NCBI RefSeq assembly: GCF_009914755.1
Contig: NC_060935.1
Length of the DNA: 64,000 nucleotides
Source: the human T2T-CHM13v2.0 reference genome, Homo sapiens
Direction: 5' to 3' (one strand)
Shown: positions 27,996 to 39,944 of the stretch, piece by piece
How the letters are laid out: each line of letters starts with the position of its first letter
Position numbering within the stretch: position 1 is the first letter of the stretch
Program-made: the position numbers and the translations under genes
Notes under the pieces: generated by a model
The model's input: the letters and a program-made list of their open reading frames with translations, nothing else
Told to the model about the DNA's origin: nothing
Databases searched by the model: none

Positions 27996-29699
27996 ATTCA
28001 CACAGGAGATTCCTAACATATGTAGGTGGCAGTGTTCTGGAGGCCATATGGATTATATAGTTTATGGATTCAAATTATTATAAATAACAGGACATGTACA
28101 AATCACCAAAAAATTATTACACTTTCACGGCAATAAATAAAACAATTCCACAATTGTTATACTGTTATATGGATAAGTCTTCATTGTATGGGATTGAGTG
28201 GATGATATATGTATATTACCTCAACTTTGTAGAGGAAAAGATTTGGAGAAACAATTTCAAGAGGGGTGGTTTAAAGGTTGTTGAAGATGAAAACAGTTTC
28301 AGTCACCCAGGATGACATATAAAAATGCCTAAGTCAGATGTAGAAAATTATGTTAATAAAAGACCCCCAGACAAAACCTAAATAAAGATTCCCTTTGAGT
28401 CATGTGTAGGGTAGATTATAGATTTGAAGGACATAGAATGTCATAAAGAAGTAGACACCTGAAACTTAATCTCAGTGCAAAAAAAGCTGGAGGACCAGGA
28501 CAGGGAATAATCATGGTCTCAGGTAGTAGAGATGCAGAATATAAAAGATAGATGAGAAAACTAGCTTTGATAGCAGCACAAGGCTAACTAGAGGCAGTAT
28601 GCACAATGTGAGGTTGGCCTGCCTTAACCCAGGCCCAAAGAAATAGACTAGATTTGAGAAACTGAGGTCAGTGGAAAGTCAAAACTACATCAAGATAAAA
28701 GCTGGGAAAGAGGTTCTGAAGCACCAGCATAACCTGCAGAGATTTGTGAAGGAGAGATCCTTACTGTATAGAAACTCATATGAGATGGCCACTTTGAGAC
28801 AGTTCATCGAAAGAGACTTTGTGAAAGGACATATGGACCAAAAGAGGAGTCAGGAATGCTGATTGGAGAAATCAGAAAGTTTCATGGCAATCTAAAGTTG
28901 CCAACATGGGGAAGACCTCCTACAGATGAAGTGATCAAAGACAAAGGGGAGAAAGTCTCATCTCTATTACATTATCTTTGAAGAAAACGGAGACAGGATG
29001 CAAGCACAGAAGATGGAACAAGCTGAGCTGTCGATCATATACTGCCTTTTTAAAATATACTCCATGTTGGTTTCACACAAACTCCAGATAAAAAAAGAGA
29101 TAAGAGTGAAGATGAGCTCCTAGGATCTGTGGGGCAGAAGAAATAGTCATATGCTCCTGGCCCACTAGGAAATACAATGCTTGAAGACTGGTAGCTTGGG
29201 GACTGTGAGTTAAACTGACTTGATGTTTTTGGGAGGAGTTAGTCCCCAGCAAGAAATCTTGTGTCTCCACCAGCCATGGTGACTTTCAGGACTGGAAATT
29301 CTGTCTCTAGGGGCCAGAGCCTGGAGGCCAATAAGATGTACACCCTGGTACCTTGCTGGGCAGCTCTTAAAGGCCAGGGCTCCCAGAACTGCCTGCGGGC
29401 CCCTTGACCTCTAAGGCCCAAGGGGCAAGCTCAGACTGGTGTTTCTAGCCCAGACAGGAGTCAGATCTCCCCTGTGTGTGTAAGAGTGTCGTTGGGCCTG
29501 TTCCAGAGCGTTGCACTCCTCAGCTGTCTGCCCTGGAACTCAACAACAAGGGCCATAAAACCTCTCCAAAGCCTAAAGAGGTCATCATTGAAGGACCTGT
29601 CCTAAATGCCTGCAGAGAGGAGACAGGTGTAGATTAAGTCTCAAAGACCAAGTCCTCAGGGAAGAGCCACCTAGAGAGGTGAAACATTAGGGACGGAAA

Positions 29700-30720
29700 G
29701 GCTGGAGCGCGACTGGGTTCCTCCAATTTGCTGCGACAAGTTTGGCTTTCCAAATACTAGCGCGTCCGTCTCTTTAAATCACAGAGCAATCGGGGTCCTG
29801 GTGGGCAAGACTGACCCTGCCGACCAGATGCAGGCCGCTAGCGGGAGGCAAGAAGGAAAAGAAGGAGACATTATCAAGATCTCTGGCGTCCACTGAAGGC
29901 CCTAATACCCGGCCGCGATGAACCTTCCGAAAAGGAGCCGCAGGAACCCCTTTTAGATTTTATCTAATAAACTGATAGCAAAGTATATTGATAAGGCGGA
30001 ACCCGGAGCAAGTAACAATATTCATCCCTAAAGGAAGGAAACTAAAATTTGGGGTCTCGATGCCGCACTTCTGGCTGTGTAAGAGTGACACGTGGCCCTG
30101 GGGGCGGGGGTGCCATCTAAGGGTTTCCTCTAAAGCCTCGGGCGCTGGCTATACCAATGAAGAGGGAGAGGCGGAGAGCGCAGCAGCCTGCTAAAGTAAA
30201 GTGCTGGGCTCTCCACCTACCTGGTGCGCACCGGCCTGCGGGCTCGGAGAAGTTCCCGGAGGAGCAGAGGGCACCCAGGCACGGTGGCCAGATCCAGGAA
30301 CTCATAAGCTCACATCCCCTGGGGGTTGGAGCCCCACGCGGCGCAAGAACCCCGGGCGCTGAGCTCCGGGGAACCTGGGAGGGAAGGAGGGGCGAGCGGG
30401 TGGGGCTGACTTACCTGCCCGCAGCAGTCGCTGCCTCTGTGTTGTCCGAATGTCCCTGCGCACCGCAACCAGCAAAGGCAATTCGGCTTTGCTAACTTTG
30501 GCCTCGCACCTCCAGAGAAGAGGCGCGAACTCGCAAAAGGAAAGGCGCGCACGGTTCCTGGAGAGAGGTCCCCCTGAACTTGGGAAGGACAAGGCAATTA
30601 ATTCTGCTCGAGAAGTTAGTATTTAAAACACCCACGCAAAAATCATAACGGCTATTAAAACCTCGAATTCCCGCTTTGAAAGACTCCTTACACCATCCGG
30701 GCGGACAATTCAGACCTACA
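29700..30720. promoter_or_regulatory. Second CpG island
   Basis: CpG-dense segment with an E-box CACGTG at 30089-30094, an adjacent GC box, and three GATA sites at 29960-29994. Confidence 0.8.
30415..30557 (-). other. Candidate exon, 143 nt
   Basis: Acceptor gacctctctccag| and consensus donor CAG|gtaagt. Confidence 0.45.
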
Positions 30721-31455
30721 TGATTTCATATTGAAGTCGCTAACTTCTTTCAGGAAGGACTTCAAAGCTACTGTATAAATTGGACAAGCATAACTGTCAA
30801 TCGCTCCCAAACACTGAGAAGAACTTTTACTGAAACGAAGGATAAATGAGAGAGTGTAAAAGCCAAAAGGGAAGAAGTTGAAAACTTTAAGTCAGTACGG
30901 AGAAGTTTTAGCAATTGGTTTCCTTAAACGGGATAACAAATAAACCAACACTTCAGCTGCCCATCGCACTTCATTTAAGTTTGAAGTAACCAAATAACCT
31001 GAACTACCAAATAACAGTGCCCTTGGGACTCTGCCTCAAAGAGGTCGGAACTCGTGTTTCAGCAACAAAAGCAAAAAGCAAACTGAATAATGTCCTGCGT
31101 TCCTTAAGATGTCATTCTGCAAAAGGACAAGGCATTGTCCCTCGACTTTAAGTGGACAGAGAATAACATTAAATTTCATTTGAATCTGCGTGTCATTTCT
31201 GTTAGGAAGATCACAGCGGTAGCGACAGTAGCGGCAGAGCACCGCCACAAAGGAGGTGGGGAAAAGTGGTAAAAATGCATGAACTTTTTTCCAAAGAAAA
31301 ATAAAGATAAATCAAAAATAAGTTTTACAGACATGCCTTTCCTAGCTTAGGAAAGTTAATTTTTAAATGCGCTTCTGCTGTCTAAGGTGCAAAGCCAGGC
31401 TAGGGAGTGCGTGGCTGGAATCTGCATGCTGATAAGAGAAGGCTGATGTACTTAC

Positions 31456-31635
31456 AGTGACAGAGGGCAGGCTGCGGGAGAAAAGCTGTTTGTGTTAGCC
31501 TGCGAGTTACCCAGGGCTGCAGTGAGAGCAGAAGGGAGGAGTGGGAGTGCCAGTCTGCGTACACCTTCACCGCGTCTCATTACATCTGCCAGCCTCTCTC
31601 TCCCTCTCTCTTTCATTTCCACATTCCCTTTGTTC
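31456..31635 (-). other. SOX6: 180-nt 5'UTR exon of long SOX6 transcripts (probable)
   Basis: Textbook acceptor (T)13cag| at 31636-31651 and donor ACT|gtaagt at 31455. The length and position relative to the islands agree with my recollection of an upstream SOX6 exon (unverified). Confidence 0.7.
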
Positions 31636-32039
31636 CTGAAAAAAAAAAAAATCTACACGTCACATCAGAGTCCCCAGATGCAGTCTACACCAAAGAAAAA
31701 AATGAATAATTCAATCAAACTGTGCATAGTCTCTAAGGCAATAAATCTATTACACTTAAAGAAACGAAGGGTAATTACCACCATAGAATTAAAATAAGGC
31801 CAAAGACCAGAGAAGTCGCTGAGTCTGTGGATAAACTCATCCGTAAATAAAGTTTCATTTATTTAATCTTTTTGGCATCTCAAATGGAAAGTCAGAGAAA
31901 GATTTTTAACTTATTTTAGAAGGGTACTCACTTCTTTTTAAACACATTGAGGCGGGGGGGCGGGGTTGGGAGTGGGGGGATGGCGATGAAGAAAAGGAGA
32001 AAAAGCCTGGAGTATACTACCTTGCTCAAAAAGCTCCCA

Positions 32040-33830
32040 AAGGCAGCGTGGAGCGGCACAGACACGAACTAAGACAATGTGTGTCTGCGGAGCCTGTACA
32101 GGGTCCATTTCTCCCCCACGTCACCCTCCTCCATTCCCCTCTAATGAGACGCGGATCACCCTCCACTCTCACCGACACTGCAGCTCTGCACAAGGGCAGC
32201 TGGAATCTGGGAACCTTACCTGCAGCACCAATACCTAAGAGAAATCGCGCTTCCCTGACACTAACACGCCATGCCATCCCCACGCACCCTGCCAAAGTCC
32301 TGTAACCATCTACTTCTTCCATCTGCCTAAGAGAAACTGTAAACGGGATTTCCCCCCCACGATTGAATGGAAGCTCTGTACTGTACCGACTTCTGGATTT
32401 GCCCTGGGTTGAGTTTAGGGAATGTCTGGAAAGAAAAAAAGGGAGGAAAAAAGGAGGGGGGCAGCTCAAGCCTTGTCCAAGTTAGTCAGAAGGCGGTGTT
32501 AGGCAGGAAAGCGCCTACGGGAAAAACAGCTGGGATGCAGACGGGCTATGGAAATCTCAGTTCTAGGAACCGTGTCCTTTCGTCCCGGAGGTAAGATTGT
32601 GTGACTGCCTCACGTTTATTCTTTCACTGTCTGTGTCTCTCTTCCCCACCCCCAACTACCCCTGCCACTCAGATCAGCCGGCATGCACCCTGGAGAAGGG
32701 CACAAACACGGCGGGGGCTTTATTTTTCAGGTCTCTCCACTCATAAATTATGGGTGTCACTAAAACGAGATTAGCAAATCTTCTACCGCTGGCGGCGGCA
32801 ACCAGAGCCTCTGTCTTGCCAGTTGCGCACTCTGAGACATCTCTCGGTGCAGAGTGGTTCCGAAGCCCCAGCCCGCTGGGTCGCTCGGCCTGAGGGCTCA
32901 GGTGATGGAGAGGAGGCTCGCGGCGTCCCAAACGGGTTCGGCCAAGGGTTTCCACCCCATCACCACTTCCCGCTGCCTCCACGCGCGCGCGCGGACCCAC
33001 GAGCACACACACACGCACGCACACACACAGACACGCGCGTATTCTGAAATTCTGGCCGAACTCCTCATCTAAACGGAAGTCCCTTTACAGTCAATTCAGC
33101 CCGCTCCAGAGCATCGGGGAAACTAGACTGTTCCGTGGATGAACTGCGAGGATGCCGGCGGTCAGGCTTGGCCGAGCTTTGTTTACGTGCCTAAGTCGCC
33201 ACCTTGAGGTCGAGGGGAAGACTGCGCCCAGCTAGGGGCTGTAGAGACGAACCCAGCTGACACTGGCCCAGCAGCCTTGGCGACCTCCCGGGACCGCCTG
33301 AAAGAGAAGCAAAGGGAGGGCGCCCTGCGGGCGGGCGGGCCACGCTAGGCGCCGTCTGCCCTCAGAGACTCGGGCTGACAGGAGTGAGAGCTAAAACTTC
33401 CAACTAGCTGAAACCAATAGCCGGGAATCGAGCGAAGGCGAACTCTCCCAGCAAAGTATAAAGCTTCGGGCCAAAGAGTCTGCAGCTCCAAGTCAGGGGC
33501 TGCGGCTCCGAAACTCCAAACACTAACTCCCAGGGCAGTGGCAGAGGGTGGGGGCAGCTTCGAAGAGGCATACCAACTGCTCCGGTCCTGGCCGAAGACC
33601 GAGCTCCCTTCTGCGGTGACCTCGGCTCAGAGCTGACTCCGTACTCCCTGGGACTCATCTCCCGCTTCCTCTCCACCTTCGGAACAGTAGACAAAGGGAC
33701 TCAGGGACGCGGCCAGACCCAAGGTCACAAACGGAGGTCTCCGAGACGAGAATTGCGTGCAAGAGAAGGACGTTCAGGCAGCCCGGCCGCCTGCTGCGAG
33801 AGCTGAACATTTCCCAGCTCTATAGTCGCC
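32040..33830. promoter_or_regulatory. Third CpG island, likely bidirectional promoter
   Basis: CpG-rich. Minus-strand donor CAG|gtaagg at 32220, plus-strand donor GAG|gtaaga at 32590, and a GC box/CCAAT/TATA series at 33328-33463. Confidence 0.75.
32220..32326 (-). other. Candidate exon, 107 nt
   Basis: Acceptor gtttacagtttctcttag| and donor CAG|gtaagg. It could instead be the 3' part of a first exon. Confidence 0.35.
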
Positions 33831-36800
33831 CATTTCTCAGGAAATCAGTCCTTCTGAGTGTCTAACAATGGATTAGGTAAAATAATAATGATTATTAATT
33901 ATATCAATGATTTTCTATTTTCCCATTCCTACCCCTATGGAAGCCTTTTTCGCTCACCGTTCTTCCTATATTCACGCCTTGCACTAAAAGAATGCCAGGC
34001 TTAAGAACCTCCTAGCTAAATCCTGAAATAATTTATCGCGGTTGTTCTTTGTTACTCCTGGTCACTGCCTCCAAGGCTTGGGGACATCTGCAAGGCCACA
34101 CCGTAGGTCCTCCTCGGTGAACTGTGCCCCATGGGTTCCTCAGTCATTTCCCTGCTACTTGGATGCATAGACATTATTTAAATATACTTTATAAATTGAG
34201 AAGAATTCTATTTATTTCAAGAAAATGGGACACTAGGGAACTATTTTGTTTTATATGAGCATAAATCAGCCCTGGCTGACTTTGGCCGTGCCCATTCAGT
34301 ATTTTGGTCAACAATAAATAAATAATGGTATAAATTAAAAATTAAAAATATAGCCACAGCAACCCGATGCTAATGGACAACAAGAAATGTCTTCTCCAAT
34401 AAAAGAAGCAACAGGCCCCCAAGCCGGACCCCACTCCCTGTTTCATGCCACAGCCTATCAAATTAACATTGGATAGCTCTTCCATTTATGTGGAAAGCTG
34501 AATGTTACCGAGAACAGTACTGAAGTTTCCCAGGGAATCCCAATTATAGAAACACCTGTGCTAAGTAATGCTATTCTAATCCACTATGAAAACCTTAAGT
34601 ATGTAATAGTCCTCAAATCATCTCATTTCTTAGTTGCAGTGGGGTAGGCCAACCTCATACAAGAACATTAGACTTGTACAATGTCCTGAGAGCCTTAACT
34701 CAGAGCGCTCTTGGTTTTGCCATACATAATCCTGGCAGTTCATTTTATCTTAAATGGAAAAAATATACACATGAAGTTTAACATAACTGGCAGAAACTAA
34801 GCCAGGGTAGGAATTAAACAAATCCAGTGACTACAAAACTGGAACACAAATCACATGTGCAGTCAGGGACCAATTCCATTATTTTTAATCAAAAATTCTA
34901 CAACATAGGAGTTGTCACTATTCAGTCTATATTCTCCATTTTACCATAAACAGAATATTGAATGGCAAAATATAAGGAAATGAAACCACCATAAATAATG
35001 TGATAGAAACCAGAACATTGTAAACTCCTACCAATTTCCCAAAAAACATACATGTCAGCTATATTTTTAACAATACCAGACCTAATATTTTTGAAGTGCT
35101 ATCTGAAAATATATCTATTTATTAAGGTAATCGTTGCTTTATTGCTTAAGGCGGCCAAAACTAACACTTCTGAAACATCCAGATGAAAAGTGAAATTTCT
35201 ATCCATCATCTAACTGTTTCTCTTACAATGATACACAGAATTTTGGAATTTTTTTGAACTGAAAGTTATCTAAATAATTACACAAGTAAGCATGATTATC
35301 ACAATAAAACACAGAAAGGAAAAATATAAGGGTTATAGGATAATAACCACAGAAATAAACTTTAGTCACTAAAATTCAAAGTACCCCTCATGATAATATC
35401 CTTCTGAGATACTGTGTTATCTTTTCACCATCAAGTAATGTTAAAGCTTGCGCATTCCTTCATACATGCCTTTCTCCATTTATAGACCCACTTGCCTCTT
35501 CCCAAATCTGAGGTTGGCCATTCACAAAGATGATTACCATATCATTCATTATACATTTTAGCCCGCCTAGAAAAATTTGGTAAATCAGTATAGATCCTTT
35601 CCAATACCTAATAAAAGACAAAGAAGGAACACAAAAGTAATGCTGTAAAACTTCCCACCAATAAATATGAAACAATAACTTATTACTAGTCTTTAAAAAT
35701 TTGATAGTTTACCTCAGCAGTTTGTTTTATTATTTGTTAGCATTGTGTTTAAAACTAAATTTGACTAAATTCTCTAATTTTAAAATTTGTTACTTAAAAA
35801 TCTTCTTTGGAATCCCATACTATTTTTTAAATTTCTAAATACAGGATTTCTTTTGTGTGCGTATTTTTTTTAACATTACAATCATATTGGAGACTTTGCT
35901 TGTTTTCCACAATTTTATTCATGCTTAAATATTTACTGAGTGCCTAGTATGTGCAAAACAAATAATGAAAAGTATGTTAACTGTGGATTTATCTTTTTAC
36001 TTTTATAATAGATATTAATTCAAAATCTATTGCATATATACTGAAAATTAATTTTTATTAAATATGCCAGCAGAAGCATCCTGTTCAATATTTGATAATT
36101 CCACAAGATGATATTTCATTCTATTTGGCACATACTATTGAAATTACCTGTTATTTTTATTAACCAACAAATTGTATACATTTCTAAAAATAAGTTTTCT
36201 GACTTATCAAATGATATATCTATAAAAAACCTTTACTTAAAAATAGGATGTATACTTATAAGCCAGTTCCAAACAACATCTTTTAATTTTAAATCAGTTC
36301 TAAAAGAAGACTGAAACTGTATTTCAAGTCAAAGTGTTTAATATAATTGCTATGCAAAGTTATTCTATAACTTGCTAAGTTTTATGTCTTTAGCATGTAT
36401 CATAATGATACATACAAGATAGAGATGTTATCTTCCCAAATTCAAACAAACAAATGAAAGCTAAAAAATAAGTCAGTGTTCCCAAGTATCTGGATGTTTG
36501 CTATTATATAAATAGCTCATTGGGTTTTGTTGAATTTTTACACTTTCATCAGAATGTTTTCTATGAGTTTGAACATATTATGTTTAAAATGGGGGAAGGG
36601 AGGAAGAAAACAATAGCGTAAATCTGCAACAATGATCATCCTCATGTTCATTCATGTTTGTTTAAGATAATAACAAATGAAAAGCTTCACTTATTCACGC
36701 TTAAAGTTCTAGAATAGTAGGCTTTTGGGGGAAAATACTAAACTCAACAGCTCAATACAAAAACCTCTTTTAATTGCACACAATATGTTATCAACCTACT

Positions 36801-39800
36801 TTCAAAGTTGATGAAGTTTAGTACTAAATTGAATATTAAGCAAATAAGTGTTAACTATGTTCACTAGAATTAGCATATTTCAGATATTTTTAAGAGCATC
36901 AGCATCATGATATGGTTGTCATAGAAACTGCAACAATATGTCATTTCAATTAATTTTATATGCAGTGATAAGGCCTAGTTCTACATCACTTCAATACAAG
37001 TTTGAAAAGCAGAAACTGAAAAGCAGATATAAACAGTGAACAGTAAGTTTCCAATTTCTACCCGTTTAGAAATAGAGTACGAGCCTTTTAAAAACAAAAA
37101 TTCACAATGCATTCCAATGGCATGAAAAAGATAGCAATTTAATAAAGATTACAAAACATTTTAAGAGTACATTCTGAAAAAAAAGTTTTTACTAACAACC
37201 AGCCACTTCTCTTAATATTCCATACTCTTGTTATTTAGGTCTATTTATAGGTAAGAAAAATTATTGGTTATTACATTACTTAATTATTAAATTATGGATG
37301 CTCTTTCTGTTCTCGAGAGATAGGTGCATTTGCTTTTACATTATAAATTCAGAACAACTAGAGCAGAACTTTAATATTTTTAAAGTAATTATTGCAAGAG
37401 ATCCTTTTCATTTAGAAGGAAATCACACTGTATTATTGCAAAAGCCTTCTTAGTATATCACTGTGAGAGATATTCTGTTGACATTAATGGCTTGATTATT
37501 GGAACAGAAAAAGCCTGTGAAAATAAAGCATATATTTCCTAAAGAATAATTATGGCTGAAGATTTGGAGCTCAAAATTAATTTGTTATTTAGCTACCAAG
37601 TACCTATTCTTTATATTTTCTTTTATTGCACATTTCAATATGGAATATGCCCAAGAAAACTCTGAAAATGATTTGAAAAGACACATTAGACTTAAGTCTA
37701 TATTTATCATGCATCTTTTTAACATATAATATAGCCCATGTTGCCAATAATTTCAACTAATTACTACAAAGCAATATCCTCAAAATATCTATTGAAATAT
37801 TGTCTTAAAAGTAATTTTTAGAAAGTGAATGAATACTATGTGAGTATTTTTTTTAATGAAGTCTAAAGGAGCAGTCTACAGAAGAAAAGATAAACATATG
37901 CAACTTATTCTCCTTGATAGGATTAGGAGGATTCCAAAGAAGCATTTAAATTCCAGTTTTCCTGACAATTAACAATGAAAAACAGATGTTTACAAAGCTG
38001 TTTCGTATGCGGTCTTAAAAGACGATAAAAGATGGTTTGTGGATAGTAAGAAGGAAGAGCCGGATAACTGCTTGCCGGGTGTATATTTAAAAAGCATTTT
38101 CATTGGCTTAGTTATTGTTAATAGTGAAAGAAAACACTTTGTGCTGCACATACTGTATGACTGTGACTATAGAAGACTGCCATCATAAAGTCCTCAAAAA
38201 CTCTTAAGATGTAATTTACAAAGATAATAATAACACAGAATTATTTCACTTCTCTGAATGCTACACATTTGCATACCAGGACTGTGTACAATATACTCAT
38301 AATGCACATTCATAATAACAAGGACTTCTTAACTCTATAACTACAGCATAAGATCTGTGCAGTAGACAATCCATCTTACCAAGTTTTACTTATTGGTGTG
38401 AAAGTGTTAGTCTCAGTAAGCCAGGTGTTAGCTGTCTACGAAGTTGAAGACCACATTAACTACTACATCACCATTGTGAGAAAATATAATGATAAAACTG
38501 AAAATCGTGTGACTTTACCAGACAATAACACTACTAGCTAGCTAAGATTATATCTAAGATAATGTCAAATGAATATTTCAAGAGTTGGATGTGATAATCA
38601 TGAGCCCGTATTACCAAAAAAAAAAAGAAAAGAAACTAAAAATCACTGATGTTTGTCCTTGATATTATTATTTATTGAACCAGGCACCATGCTCTGTGCT
38701 TTTTTTTTTAATGTTTAAGTTTTAAAATAGTCATTTGGGTATTTTTCTTTACTCAAAATGATGAATCTTCTTCATGAGGCATTAATCTCCTGCCCCATGC
38801 CTAGTAACTGCATATTTGGTATCCACTAGAGAAACCAAATAAATTCTAATTTTGGTTATTATCCACGATGTCTTTCATTTTTATTCAGCAGGGAATAAGT
38901 ATAGTCTAATAAATGACAGAAATATGGTGTTTCTATTGCCTAGAAGAGTTATTTTCTAAATTTACTTCTGATACTTTTATATTAGTCTAAAAGGAAAAGA
39001 TAATTTTTAAACAAAGAGAGAAGGAAAATTAAGCAAGTGGTACAATATGTAACGGTACCTGGATTAGCACAAACTGAGCAAAAATATCTAATTAGGAAAA
39101 ATTTCTGAATATACTAACACATTTACATTTCAAAACTAAAATTTCATTTAACATGAAAAAATGCAACATAAAATAATTACTTGTCCTTATAATTTTTATT
39201 CAACATTCACCACCCATAGGCATTTATTTATGTGGATATTATTATTGAAATTGAATGTATTTCACTGTTAAGTTTCAACTATCTCCCAAATTATAATAAA
39301 GAGTAAAACATATTGATGTATTTGACTTTATTCTATTAAGAGTTTTTTAAATGTAAGCTGATGATTTACATGAGCATTACAATTTATATAAAGACCATTA
39401 TTACTTAAACATAAAGAACAAAGAAATTACTTTGAACCAGCAACATTTAGTCCTTGATATTATATTAGCTAAAAGATTGTTAAAAATCACCAGTAGACTT
39501 CTATTATCCTACCATTACAGCTCAGGTTTAATAGACAAGGAGAAATTTGTAAAACTACTTTGGTTTTCAAAATCAGTACTAGTACAAAATCTCTTAAGTC
39601 TAAATTTTATGAGTGGGATTCCAATGTTTGTTTCTATTCTCTTTTTAAAATAGCTTTTGTTAGAATAACATTTTATCCATTAACGTTTAAGAAATGATTT
39701 TGCAAAGCCAATAAGAGATTTAATGTATCACTGGTTTTTTCATATGAGTATATGTTATCTATCTGGGCATGACGATATAAAAAATTACAAGGACTTCCTG

Positions 39801-39851
39801 GATGGCAGGCAGTGAAACACACTATAATCATCAGCACTGGAAAACCCTACA

Positions 39852-39944
39852 TTATGTTGCCCTGGTTGGAATCAGACTCCAGGGATTACTGCCTCAAGCT
39901 TCCTGAGTAGCTGGGACTACAGGCCCATGCCACCATGCCTGGCT
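39852..39944 (-). mobile_element. Alu monomer (FLAM/FAM-like) fragment
   Basis: Reverse complement reads gccaggcatggtggcatgggcctgtagtcccagctactcagg…ccagggcaacata. Confidence 0.7.

Noticed and set aside
28300-29030. Purine-rich stretch with short ORFs, possibly an ancient retroelement or processed pseudogene
   Set aside because: I could not match any protein or repeat motif by eye; a Dfam/tBLASTx search is needed.
37241-37250. Perfect MEF2 site CTATTTATAG (also TTAAAAATAG at 18481)
   Set aside because: Isolated AT-rich motifs are expected by chance in such AT-rich DNA, and there is no supporting cluster.
39780-39944. 7SL RNA gene or pseudogene
   Set aside because: Only Alu-domain sequence is recognisable and the S domain is absent, so it is called an Alu monomer fragment.
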